A stretch of DNA of 57,625 nucleotides from Microgenomates group bacterium RBG_16_45_19 (GCA_001803415.1 MHDC01000038.1:1-57625), one strand, 5' to 3'. Shown: positions 32,717-42,452, counted from the stretch's first letter. Translations and numbers: made by a program. Notes: a model not told the origin generated them from the sequence alone.

Positions 32717-32929
32717 ATGTCCAATGAACCAGCCTTAACTTTTGCCAAAGCCTATGCTGAACTCCAAACGATCACCCAGGAATTTGAGGCCGGAGAACTG
32801 GATTTGGAAAAAAGTATTCCCCGCTTCAAACGGGCCACCGAGCTGGTCAACTTCCTTAAAAAAGAACTGGTTAAGATGGAATCCCAAATCGAAGAAATCA
32901 ATTTAGATAATCAGGAAGGATTATCCTAA
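32717..32929 (+). CDS. xseB: Exodeoxyribonuclease VII small subunit
   Basis: F..A..EL..I...E.GELDLEKSI; follows xseA. Confidence 0.9.
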   Translation: MSNEPALTFAKAYAELQTITQEFEAGELDLEKSIPRFKRATELVNFLKKELVKMESQIEEINLDNQEGLS

Positions 32930-35900
32930 ACTTTCAATCTCCGCCTCTCTTTGATTTTACCCCCCACCCAGACTATACTACCCCCGCCAAGTAATAAGAT
33001 ATTGACGATAATAAACAGTCCGCTAAATCCTCCCGGCAAGCCAATGCCACTTCCGTCACCATCCAAGGCCATGGCTATACCCATCCCTCCGCCCCCGCCT
33101 CCAAATCCTGCCGGAGCCCCATAATATTCCATAGTAAATTTGTTGGAATTTAGTATGTCCGCTCCCAGCATTGGTGAAAAAATGCCTGTAATCGGCATTC
33201 CTCTCGGTCGGGGCACGCTAATCACCCCGCCCCCCTGGTTCTGGGTAAACTGCTGCTCGTCAAACCGGTCATAATCTTGCGACAAATTATCCAAATTCTG
33301 TTGCTGCTGGGCATTAACCAAAGCAATTAATGATGAATACGGGGTAATAAAATGGGTTTCTACCGCTAAATTGTGGTAAGCATCCAATAACGACAAGTTC
33401 TGCATCACTGGTTGGGCGTAAGTTTTTAAGCTCTGCTGTATCCACACTTGGGTCGTCACTTGTGAAGCTGCGGTCGAGGCGGTCTTAATTTCCCCTAAGG
33501 CCGTCATCAGACCGGTAATCTGGCTCAGATTATATTGTTGGTTATTATCAAGTTTTGTCCACCAGTACATCCCCGGCATTCCGGCTTCATTTACCAATTT
33601 AGCTTGATAGGCATAACGTAAGGCCTCGGTAATGCTGGCGAAAATATAGCTGCCGCTTTGAATCATGGTCGTAATTCTTTCTGGATCCAAACTTACTCCT
33701 CCCCGGCTGGGTACCAGGTAAATTGGGGTATTCTTGGGGATAGACCATGACTGCCATTCCGTTGCAGAAAATTGCTTACCGGTTAAAATAATGTAGGCGT
33801 CGTAATTACCCTGGTTGACAATCTTGTTTAACCCATCTAAAGAGTGTTTGCCAAAATTAACTTGGTTATTAACCAAAGTGTCTTTCCATTGAGCGTAAGC
33901 TACTGCCTCGCCGGTTAAATCATTAAAAGGCATGATTTCCACCTGATAATTTTCGGATAAATCCGAGAGGGAGGCTAATTCCTTAATGGCCTTTTCATGA
34001 CCCGCCCCGGCCGAAGTATCAATCAAGACCGCAATTTTTATTGGGCTAGACCCTTTTGGCAGTCCCGGTTGGCATGAAGCCTGTCCGTCAAAATTTGACA
34101 GGGTGGCTGTACTCACTCCCAAATCAACTTGGTCGGTATCTTTCCACTTGATTTGACACAAGCTTTCTTTAATCGCTGGTGATGGGGGGATATAGTTTTG
34201 CTGGCTATCGAAACTGACCCACTCGCCATCCACCTGAGCCGAAAGCTTTACCGTCTTATCGGTCATTAAATTTTGCGCTCTGATGACTTGCGGCAAGTAA
34301 AACCCGTCGGGCGTCAATGGTGTCAGGTAGATAATTTCGATCTTTTGGGGCTTACCCCGTGGCATCGTGGTGTTATTTGTTCCTGGGATGGGAAATACCC
34401 TCAAACGGTATAGACTTGATCCGATTTGTTCCAACAGGGCTGGATCGCGCCTTTGGACTAGTTCCTGCTGGTAAGTCTGTTGGGCTGCCCCCCGGGGCGC
34501 TATCTGGCCTTCGTATTCCAGGTTAGGTCCCAATTTCAAACCGGTCACCACCGCCTCAGGCGGTAATGTAAATTCATAAATCACTTCCTGGTCACTCCAC
34601 TCATTTGTCGTATAAGTTTCCCCGTAAATCACTTGCCCTAATGGCCCTTGCCCTAAGGAGTCAACTTTTATATCCCGGCTAACTAATTTAACATTTTTAT
34701 TTTGCGGAAACTCACTTTGCGGTGTTCCCCATACCCCATGGCCATATAGATAAGTGTAGGCTTCATCTAGTTCGTCCCAAGGCACCTTTTCTTGGTAAAC
34801 AAAGGGGTAAGCTACTGCCAGAAACACTGTTTGGATCGCATCCGCTAAGGGTTCCGGAAAACCTAAAACCTCATGGTACCCCTCACTGATAAAATCATTC
34901 CCAGCTGTCAGTAAATAATTCTCCCGTCTTTCATAAATTTGTTTTATATCAGCCGTTACTTCACTTTTTCTGGGAACAAGCTCCTGGGCAATTTTTAGCT
35001 TCTCACTATAATTATTAGCCTTTAATAAGGTTCCCAGCTGCTTAGCTGATTTGGGGTAACCGCCGGGGACTGATAAAACCACTACTACTGCCAGCCACAC
35101 CACAGCCCCAACCGTTACCCACTTTGAGAATTTGTTTCCTTCTGAAGCTGCCAAAACTTCAAAATCTTTCCGCCACTTTTTCAATAACACGTAAGTCAAT
35201 AGATATGGCAGCCATATGGCCGCCTCAACGAGAAGGAACCCTAACAAGCGGAAGCCAAAACTAACCAAATTGCCTAGAATATCCACCGGCATCGAGATCA
35301 AATCCCCGTATCTGCCGTAGGGGTTTATGAGGTTAGCAAAAAAATCTTCAAAAAAAGCTTGGGCAGCCGTCCCTGTTAACGGGCCGACCACAAAAGTCCA
35401 CAAAATCAGGCCGTATATCAGGGTGAGCGTTATCCAAATAGCCAGCCAAATAACCGCCTGCTGTTTATTATAGGGTAAATTTACTAAGCCTTGCTGGTTA
35501 AAATAAATAAAAACCGGGGAGATTAACAGAATCAACAAGAAGAAATTAATCAGGGGGATAGATGATGCTGCCACCAACAGGCTGACTCCCGCTAAAAATA
35601 GTGTTGGGATTTCGACTCTAAAAAACAGTTTCGACAGCTGCTGGCCTTCTTTGCCGATGTGTTTATAAAGCACATAACCGGTTGCCGCCAACGGTGTCGC
35701 CAATAAAATCAGCCCGTAGCTAATTTGGAAAATACTCCAGTTTTTCCCTATGGTGACTAGATCGACTAAAGCCCCGCCAAATAATAGCCCAACTGCCAAC
35801 AAGCCAAAATAAACTAAGTAAAAAAGGTGGTATCCCCAAAATAAAAAGATCATGCCCCAGGCATTCCCACCGCTTGCCTTGGGGTGAGTTTCGGCTTCGA

Positions 35901-36189
35901 GTTTAGTTTCACCTGCATGTGTTTCAGGTGTCAGGCTCTCAATCACTACTCGCCTAGCACTTTGCTCTACTTCGGCTCTAAAAGCAGCCGGCGTGATATC
36001 TTCATCACCAGCTAATAACCTGATCTTACCCGATTCAATATCCACGATGACTTCGGTAGTGATGGGTGCTTTAGGGTATTTTTGGGTGTAAGCTGCTAAA
36101 ACCGCCTGTTTAATTTTTATGACTAAATCAGTCTGGGTAGCCCCCTGAGATACCGCTAACTTAAACAACGACCCCAACTCGCTCGTCAT
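32926..36189 (-). CDS. Large integral membrane protein: NusA-NTD-like N-terminus + multi-TM region + VIT domain + vWA-like region + C-terminal TM tail (resembles the TIGR02921 PEP-CTERM integral membrane family)
   Basis: VIT-like EVIYEFTLPPEAVVTGL...APRGAAQQTY...DPALLEQIG...YRLRVFPIP; IDTS; TPYSSLIALVN; about 9 hydrophobic helices; C-terminal TM followed by KERRRLK. Confidence 0.7.
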   Translation of the reverse strand: MTSELGSLFKLAVSQGATQTDLVIKIKQAVLAAYTQKYPKAPITTEVIVDIESGKIRLLAGDEDITPAAFRAEVEQSARRVVIESLTPETHAGETKLEAETHPKASGGNAWGMIFLFWGYHLFYLVYFGLLAVGLLFGGALVDLVTIGKNWSIFQISYGLILLATPLAATGYVLYKHIGKEGQQLSKLFFRVEIPTLFLAGVSLLVAASSIPLINFFLLILLISPVFIYFNQQGLVNLPYNKQQAVIWLAIWITLTLIYGLILWTFVVGPLTGTAAQAFFEDFFANLINPYGRYGDLISMPVDILGNLVSFGFRLLGFLLVEAAIWLPYLLTYVLLKKWRKDFEVLAASEGNKFSKWVTVGAVVWLAVVVVLSVPGGYPKSAKQLGTLLKANNYSEKLKIAQELVPRKSEVTADIKQIYERRENYLLTAGNDFISEGYHEVLGFPEPLADAIQTVFLAVAYPFVYQEKVPWDELDEAYTYLYGHGVWGTPQSEFPQNKNVKLVSRDIKVDSLGQGPLGQVIYGETYTTNEWSDQEVIYEFTLPPEAVVTGLKLGPNLEYEGQIAPRGAAQQTYQQELVQRRDPALLEQIGSSLYRLRVFPIPGTNNTTMPRGKPQKIEIIYLTPLTPDGFYLPQVIRAQNLMTDKTVKLSAQVDGEWVSFDSQQNYIPPSPAIKESLCQIKWKDTDQVDLGVSTATLSNFDGQASCQPGLPKGSSPIKIAVLIDTSAGAGHEKAIKELASLSDLSENYQVEIMPFNDLTGEAVAYAQWKDTLVNNQVNFGKHSLDGLNKIVNQGNYDAYIILTGKQFSATEWQSWSIPKNTPIYLVPSRGGVSLDPERITTMIQSGSYIFASITEALRYAYQAKLVNEAGMPGMYWWTKLDNNQQYNLSQITGLMTALGEIKTASTAASQVTTQVWIQQSLKTYAQPVMQNLSLLDAYHNLAVETHFITPYSSLIALVNAQQQQNLDNLSQDYDRFDEQQFTQNQGGGVISVPRPRGMPITGIFSPMLGADILNSNKFTMEYYGAPAGFGGGGGGMGIAMALDGDGSGIGLPGGFSGLFIIVNILLLGGGSIVWVGGKIKERRRLKV

Positions 36190-36205
36190 ACATCTCACTT
36201 CTATT

Positions 36206-36230
36206 AATCAAGTTTACTTTAAACTTGATT
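36206..36230. promoter_or_regulatory. Perfect 11-bp inverted repeat upstream of the NusA-NTD/VIT gene
   Basis: aatcaagttta-ctt-taaacttgatt. Confidence 0.45.
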
Positions 36231-36250
36231 CTGAAGTAAAGTACTCAGCT

Positions 36251-37423
36251 TTAAATTCCGACTAAAGTTAATTCCCTTTCAGCTCGAGTAACTCCGGTGT
36301 ATAACCACCGAGACCAGTCTTCGTCGCTCATGTGTTGATTTCTTTCTTCAAAGAGTAAGACTTTTGGGGCTTGCGAACCTTGAGCTTTATGGACGGTTAA
36401 AGCGTAACCTAGGTCCCATAAATCCCCCAGAGCTTTATATTTTAAGCCGTCAAACTCGGCTAAAGTGGTTAACTGATTAAACTGGTGGGCACTGATTTTG
36501 CCGGCATAAATTAAGCCGTCGTCTAAAGTGATTTCCACCTCGTACCAATGCAGCTTCTCCTCATCAAATATGGGTATGGTTTTATGCAATTGTCCGGTCA
36601 TGCCGTTATAAATGCCCTTTTGCCAGTTGTTTTTAAGGCAAATCAGTCTCTCACCCACTCGCGGGGTTTCACCGTCAAAGGTCAGGTACCCGCGGATGGC
36701 TTGGTTAAGCTTCACCCGGGTATGATTGAAACCGGTTAAAATTAACCAATCTTGATTATATTGCCTTAAAATTTCTTCCACCTCTTGTCCGGTAACGCTG
36801 TCATATCTATTTAATTTCCTCACCGTCTGGCTATAATTTGCGATCGGGATTTGACCCGTTTCCCTGGCCATAATGGATAAGCGAATGATCGGATTGCTTT
36901 GGGCTTGCCGGTGAATCGTCTCTAACTTCAACCGTGGCTTGGCCATCAGATTATAGCGCCCGTTGACCGGCGGCAATTGGCCATGGTCGCCGACGGCAAT
37001 AATCGGCCGCTTAAAGCTTAATAAATCCTGCCATATCAACTCATCTACCATACTGGCTTCGTCTGCCAAAATTACCTCAGCTTGGATATCTTTTTTAAGC
37101 CGCCAACCGGTAATTTGACCTTGGTCGTTGGTCACCGGCGCATAAATTAACGAGTGGATGGTGGAAATACTATCCTTGGCGTAGTCAACTCGCTGCCGCT
37201 TTAAGGTCGCCGCTAACACCCGACTGGCCTTGCCGGTATAGGCGCAGAAGGCTACCCTGGCGTTTGGCTCCAGGTGATGCAGTAGTTTTCGCCATAAGGC
37301 CACCGTCGTCGTTTTACCGGTCCCGGCATACCCACCCAGAGTGATGGCCGGACTATCTGGTCGACTAAGCCAGGTTATCAACTGACTTAAAACTGCCTTT
37401 TGCTCGCGGCTGGCTGCTACCAT
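36251..37423 (-). CDS. SF1B RecD/Dda-like DNA helicase
   Basis: GYAGTGKTT, DEASMV, VGDHGQLPPV, HRQA, YALTVHKAQGS, LYTGVTRA. Confidence 0.92.
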   Translation of the reverse strand: MVAASREQKAVLSQLITWLSRPDSPAITLGGYAGTGKTTTVALWRKLLHHLEPNARVAFCAYTGKASRVLAATLKRQRVDYAKDSISTIHSLIYAPVTNDQGQITGWRLKKDIQAEVILADEASMVDELIWQDLLSFKRPIIAVGDHGQLPPVNGRYNLMAKPRLKLETIHRQAQSNPIIRLSIMARETGQIPIANYSQTVRKLNRYDSVTGQEVEEILRQYNQDWLILTGFNHTRVKLNQAIRGYLTFDGETPRVGERLICLKNNWQKGIYNGMTGQLHKTIPIFDEEKLHWYEVEITLDDGLIYAGKISAHQFNQLTTLAEFDGLKYKALGDLWDLGYALTVHKAQGSQAPKVLLFEERNQHMSDEDWSRWLYTGVTRAERELTLVGI

Positions 37424-37450
37424 GGGCTGATTGTAACGTATACTGGATTT

Positions 37451-38710
37451 ATGCGCCTGCGCTCTCGAAGTTATCCCTCACCCGCCTTGACCCCGGCTCT
37501 CGGACAGCCCTGGCTTAAACGGCTCTGTCTCTACTCCATTATTCTGATGTTCGTCGGCTTGGGTGACGCCATCATGACTTATTTTTCCCCGGTCTATATT
37601 AATCGGCACCTCAATAATGAAATGATCATGGGTTTGATCATTGCCACCTCTTCGATGGTCGGCCTCGCCTGCGACATTCTCTTTGGGGAATTCTTTAGCG
37701 GTAAACCTCATTCCTTTTTTCTCCTCCGCTCCATTGCCGTCGCCGGTCTGTTCTCCCTCTCTTTTATCTTTTTTCCACCCTTGGTGGCCTTGCTGATTCT
37801 GAGCATGGCCTTGTGGGGGATTTATTATGAATTAATTCTTTTTTCCGATTTTCATTTTATTAACCACGCCCTCGACCACCCCCACCACTCCCTGGGTTGG
37901 AGTATCATTAAAATGTTTACCGGTTTGGCTTATCTCATTGGTCCTTTAATTGCCGGTTTTCTGTTAACCTTTAATGAAACTTTTCCCCCCTTGGGGGCTT
38001 TGGTCATGTTTCTGGTTGCCTTCAGTCTGTTTCTCATTTTTCGTCCCCGGCTCGATAAACGCTCTCCGGCTGATATTCACCAAACCGCCCCCAAACGTAA
38101 TTTACTCCATGAATTTAAAGTCTGGCGTCTCCTCTTACCCAAACTCTGGCCGGTCATGCTCTTTATCCTTATCTTAACCATGATGGATGCCGCCTTTTGG
38201 ACCGTCGGCTCAGTTTTGGCCGACACTATGAATCATGGTGGCTTCCTCGTCGTTGCCTATATGTTACCGTCGCTGTTTGCCGGTTATCTGGCTGCCCGCT
38301 TTTCCCCCCGTTATGGTAAAAAACGGACCGCTTTTGTCACCGGTTTGATTTGCGGCTGCCTCTTTGCCCTTTCTGGCTTAACCGCCGCTTCTCCTCTTTT
38401 CGTGATTCTCATTTTCGTCGCCTCCATTTTTCAAGGTATGGCCATGCCCGAAATTTTTGGAGCCATCGAGGATTATTTGGAACGCATGGGTCACTCCGCC
38501 AATACCCTCGTTGGTTTAGAAAATTCGACTACCAGCCTCGCTTTTATTATTGGCCCGATTTTCGCCGGCTTAATCGCTTCTGTTCTCTCGGAACTCTTAA
38601 TGTTTTCTGTCTTTGGTTTGCTGATCGCCGGTATCTCTTTGTTGGCTTTACTGATTGTCCCTCGTAAAATCCACTTGCCCCAAACCGCCCTCAATCAGGT
38701 TGGCTCTTAA
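37451..38710 (+). CDS. MFS transporter
   Basis: About 12 hydrophobic helices in two halves, RYGKKR loop, IGP motifs. Confidence 0.85.
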   Translation: MRLRSRSYPSPALTPALGQPWLKRLCLYSIILMFVGLGDAIMTYFSPVYINRHLNNEMIMGLIIATSSMVGLACDILFGEFFSGKPHSFFLLRSIAVAGLFSLSFIFFPPLVALLILSMALWGIYYELILFSDFHFINHALDHPHHSLGWSIIKMFTGLAYLIGPLIAGFLLTFNETFPPLGALVMFLVAFSLFLIFRPRLDKRSPADIHQTAPKRNLLHEFKVWRLLLPKLWPVMLFILILTMMDAAFWTVGSVLADTMNHGGFLVVAYMLPSLFAGYLAARFSPRYGKKRTAFVTGLICGCLFALSGLTAASPLFVILIFVASIFQGMAMPEIFGAIEDYLERMGHSANTLVGLENSTTSLAFIIGPIFAGLIASVLSELLMFSVFGLLIAGISLLALLIVPRKIHLPQTALNQVGS

Positions 38711-39636
38711 TCGAGTAACCGGCGGTAGACTCGTTCCGGTTTTGGCCCGACCAAAGCTGTCTCTCCAATAAAGACTGTCGGGGTTCCATATATACCCATG
38801 TTGAGTAAGGCCGCCTGTTGGGCTTGGACCAGCCGGGTGGTGGTTTCGGCACTTAAGCACTGGTTTAACGCTGCTTGATCCAAACCCAATTCTTTAAGGA
38901 GATTATCCACATATTGTTTATCCGTCACTTGCTCCGGGGTATTGGTTAACAATCGGTCCAGATATTCACCAAATCGCTCGGGTTTTAGAGTCTGCACGCA
39001 GACATCGTACGGTAACAGGTATTTAGTTTCACTTCTGGTCGGATAGTGGGCAAATCGAACTTCGGCTTGAGACTCAGCCAACACCTCTTTCAAGCTGGGA
39101 TAAGCTTGGCGCGTAAAGGGACAGGCCACACAGCCCACCAGCAATACCACCGGTTTTCCAATCTGGCCATTTTGATAGCGGGGAAAGATGGTTTGGTCAA
39201 TCCCCTCGACTGACAAGGCCTGACTGGCTAAAGCCGAGTCGGTACACTCGGCCCCCTTAGCCCCGGTCGCTTGATTGTTGCTGTTGGTCGGATCAAAGAC
39301 GCAAAATTCGCCCTGATTAAATTGACCTTGGCAGCTGCCCCAAGCCCAATAATTATAGACACCCCGTATGGTCCAGATTGACGTCACCGTCATCCCCATG
39401 ACTAATCCCCAGGCTAACCATTCAAAGCGGCGGTAAACCCAGCCGGCTATTTTAGGCGACCGCGCCAAGACCGGCCCCAGCATTTTAGCTTTGATTTTAA
39501 CGTCAAAGCCGGTTTGACATGGCTGTCTGGTCAGCCGGCGAAAGACGCAGTCAAACGCCTCCCGGGCTAATTGCCGGTGGCTGGCACTGAATAATCCCAA
39601 AATCGATAAAATGACTAAAGCGATTAGACATGGCAT
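38707..39636 (-). CDS. Membrane-anchored Cys-rich thioredoxin/DsbA-like protein
   Basis: GCVACPFT CxxC, HYP, GIYGTPTVFIG cis-Pro motif; N-terminal TM helices with extra Cys; ATG 39636. Confidence 0.75.
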   Translation of the reverse strand: MPCLIALVILSILGLFSASHRQLAREAFDCVFRRLTRQPCQTGFDVKIKAKMLGPVLARSPKIAGWVYRRFEWLAWGLVMGMTVTSIWTIRGVYNYWAWGSCQGQFNQGEFCVFDPTNSNNQATGAKGAECTDSALASQALSVEGIDQTIFPRYQNGQIGKPVVLLVGCVACPFTRQAYPSLKEVLAESQAEVRFAHYPTRSETKYLLPYDVCVQTLKPERFGEYLDRLLTNTPEQVTDKQYVDNLLKELGLDQAALNQCLSAETTTRLVQAQQAALLNMGIYGTPTVFIGETALVGPKPERVYRRLLD

Positions 39637-39640
39637 AAAT

Positions 39641-40855
39641 TTAGACCATTCGCCTGACGGCTTTAACCGCTTCGACCAGACTGACGGCTTCGGCTTCAGT
39701 GTTATAGAAGTAGCTACTGGCCCGGACCGAGCCCTGGATGCCCCGATCGTTAAACCAGGAATGGACACAGTGTTGACCGGATCTCACCATGATCCCGTAA
39801 GCTTCATCCAGTAACGCCGCTATTTGGTGCGGATCAACCCCCTCGAGGTAAAAGGCCACAATCGAACCCCGTAGCTTTGGATCCTTAGGACCGATAATCT
39901 TTAAACCGTTGATCTCCCTTAAACCTTGACTGATGATTTGGTTTAAATGGCTTTCGTGAGATTTGAGTTTGTCCCAGCCGATCTTGGTCAGATAATCAAC
40001 GGCCGCGCCCAAACCCATAATGCCGGCATAATCCTGTAGGCCGGCTTCGAATTTTTCCGGTAAAGGTAGGTGCTGGTAATCAGTGTAAGTGGTGGACACG
40101 ACCGTGTCACCGCCCACTAGAAAACCCTCCATTTTGTCTAGGCAGGTTTTTTTGCCATAGAGCCCGCCGATACCCGACGGCCCCATCATTTTATGTCCGG
40201 AAAAAGCTAAAAAGTCTACCTCTAACTCGGTCACCTTCACTGGTTGATGGGGGACACTTTGAGCGGCATCCACCATCACTAGTGCTCCTGCTCGATGGGC
40301 TAGTTGGGTGATGGTTTCGATGGGATTAGTCACTCCGTCCAGATTAGAGGTCATGACCCAACTGACTAGCTTTGGTCGCTCCTGGGTTAGAGCCTGTTCA
40401 AACCTAACCTGGTCAAACCGGTTATCCGGGGTTGACTTAACTACTGCCAGCTTAATCCCCCGCGTTCGCTGCAGTTTTAACCAAGGCACTAAATTGGAGT
40501 TATGTTCTTTGTCCGAAATTAACACCGTCTCGCCGGCTTTAAGCTCTAAACTGTTAGCCACTAAATTGATCCCCTCGGTGGTATTTCGGGTAAAAATGAT
40601 CTCTTCGGCCAATTTTGCCCCGATAAAATTCTTAACACTTTCTCGAACTGCGCTGACTGCTTCGGTTACCGCTCGGGCTAAGCGGTGGTTCGATCGGCCG
40701 GCGCAAGCCGACATCTCGGTGTAATAGCGCTGGATTTCCGTCAGGACTGCTTGAGGTCTGAGACTCATACAAGCGTTATCGAAATAAATTAGTGGTCGAC
40801 CTTTAATTTGCCTTGATAACATGGGGAAATCAGCCCGGATTTGGTCTAAGTCCAT
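39641..40855 (-). CDS. sufS: Cysteine desulfurase, SufS/CsdA class
   Basis: YFDNA, EHNSN, DAAQ, SGHKMMGP (PLP Lys), RSGQHC catalytic Cys, RAS.YFYN. Confidence 0.9.
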   Translation of the reverse strand: MDLDQIRADFPMLSRQIKGRPLIYFDNACMSLRPQAVLTEIQRYYTEMSACAGRSNHRLARAVTEAVSAVRESVKNFIGAKLAEEIIFTRNTTEGINLVANSLELKAGETVLISDKEHNSNLVPWLKLQRTRGIKLAVVKSTPDNRFDQVRFEQALTQERPKLVSWVMTSNLDGVTNPIETITQLAHRAGALVMVDAAQSVPHQPVKVTELEVDFLAFSGHKMMGPSGIGGLYGKKTCLDKMEGFLVGGDTVVSTTYTDYQHLPLPEKFEAGLQDYAGIMGLGAAVDYLTKIGWDKLKSHESHLNQIISQGLREINGLKIIGPKDPKLRGSIVAFYLEGVDPHQIAALLDEAYGIMVRSGQHCVHSWFNDRGIQGSVRASSYFYNTEAEAVSLVEAVKAVRRMV

Positions 40856-40858
40856 AAC

Positions 40859-41617
40859 CTACTCACTTATTGTCGCCGAGTCAGTCGCTGGTAAAAGTGG
40901 TTCCAGCACCGCTTGGAACGCCGCCAAACCTTGGGGATTTTCAATCCGGCTGCCATTAACAAAAAAAGAGGGGGTGCCGTTTAATCGATTGGCCAAAGCA
41001 CTTAAATAATCGGCTTTAACTAAGCCCTTGACCGCTTTCGAGTTTAAATCCTGTTTAAACTGGTCCGAATTTAAGCCCAGTTCTTGAGCATAGCCCATCA
41101 TGATCTTAGATGCTTGACCAGATTCGGCCCATTCTTCTTGCCGCTCAAAGAGTAGGTGATTCATTTCCCAAAATTTACCCTGCTTGCCGGCGGCTTCAGC
41201 TGCCTGGGCGGCTAAGTTGGCCCGCGGATGGATTTCTTTCAAGGGGAAATGACGGTAGACCACCGCCAGTTGGTCAGGGTAAAGCTGAGTTAGTTGTTCT
41301 ATCAGGGGACTGTATAAACGGCAGGCCGGACATTGAAAATCTGAATATTCAACGATCACCACGGCCGCCGCTTTATTGCCTTGATACCAATCCGTTTCCA
41401 AGACTTGATTGACGGGTTTCACGCCCTCACCAGCGGGTACCGGGATATAACGGCTATAAGCCCACCACCCGATTAAAACTACCAACCCTACTCCCAAGCC
41501 AAACTTGATCAACCGGCGCCACCCCACCTGTTTGCTTTGAGTGGCGATTTTAGCCTGTTTTTCCTGTTTCCTTAAAGCTTTCCGTTCGTCTTTAGTCAAG
41601 GGGGGATCACTTTCCAT
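40859..41617 (-). CDS. DsbA/BdbD-family thiol-disulfide oxidoreductase
   Basis: EYSDFQCPAC, YRHFPL, GTPSFFVNG; N-terminal TM. Confidence 0.92.
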   Translation of the reverse strand: MESDPPLTKDERKALRKQEKQAKIATQSKQVGWRRLIKFGLGVGLVVLIGWWAYSRYIPVPAGEGVKPVNQVLETDWYQGNKAAAVVIVEYSDFQCPACRLYSPLIEQLTQLYPDQLAVVYRHFPLKEIHPRANLAAQAAEAAGKQGKFWEMNHLLFERQEEWAESGQASKIMMGYAQELGLNSDQFKQDLNSKAVKGLVKADYLSALANRLNGTPSFFVNGSRIENPQGLAAFQAVLEPLLPATDSATISE

Positions 41618-41659
41618 AGGCCATACTTTAGCAGAAACCAGGTATTTATCAAGGCAAAA

Positions 41660-41929
41660 TTAACTTCTGATCTCGAAAGTGGCAAAACCTTGGATCTTCC
41701 CCGTTTTTATCGCCACCATCTCTACCCGAGCCAACGGCGTCTCCTGCTTTAACCAAGTGATCAAGTCCTTCAGCGCTTCGGCCTTACCTTCGGCTTCGAT
41801 ATAAACCGTCCCATCGGCTTGATTCATGACGAAGCCTTTGAGCCCCAAGCTGGCCGCTTTCACTTGGGTAAAGTTGCGGAAACTAACCCCCTGGACTCGT
41901 CCCGTCACTGTCAAATTTAAGTGTTTCAT
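41660..41929 (-). CDS. acyP: Acylphosphatase
   Basis: GRVQGVSFR, GFVMN..DGTV. Confidence 0.93.
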   Translation of the reverse strand: MKHLNLTVTGRVQGVSFRNFTQVKAASLGLKGFVMNQADGTVYIEAEGKAEALKDLITWLKQETPLARVEMVAIKTGKIQGFATFEIRS

Positions 41930-41974
41930 CTGTTGTATAATTACCTAGCATACCATGCCAGCGTCTCTTTTAAG

Positions 41975-42424
41975 ATGCAATTAACCAGTCCTGTCTTTAG
42001 CCATACCGACTTTATTCCCCAGGCATATACCTGTGACGGGGCTAATCTCCACCCCCCTTTAACCATTGTCGGTGTCATTCCCGGTGCTAAAAGCTTGGTG
42101 CTGATTGTCGACGACCCGGATGCACCCGGCGGCCTTTGGACTCATTGGCTGCTCTGGAATTTAGATCCTCAAACCACCGAGATTTCCGCCACCGCTACCC
42201 CGGTGGGGTCCATTCAAGGCCTTAACGACTTTGGCGATGAGGGCTACGGCGGACCTTGTCCGCCCTCGGGTATCCATCATTATCGTTTTACGCTTTATGC
42301 TTTAAGTAAAATCTTCGAGCGGGAATTAACTCCGTTAGCCAAACGAGCTGACGTGGATCGGGAAATCACTGGTCACATTCTCGATCAAGCTCAGCTTATT
42401 GGCTTGTATCAACGTATACTTTAA
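41975..42424 (+). CDS. YbhB/YbcL (PEBP/RKIP-like) protein
   Basis: YTCDG, DDPDAP, HWLLWN, GYGGPCPP..HHYRF; ATG 41975. Confidence 0.92.
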   Translation: MQLTSPVFSHTDFIPQAYTCDGANLHPPLTIVGVIPGAKSLVLIVDDPDAPGGLWTHWLLWNLDPQTTEISATATPVGSIQGLNDFGDEGYGGPCPPSGIHHYRFTLYALSKIFERELTPLAKRADVDREITGHILDQAQLIGLYQRIL

Positions 42425-42452
42425 GACTGTTTCTTCCTTTTTACCCGTCTCT

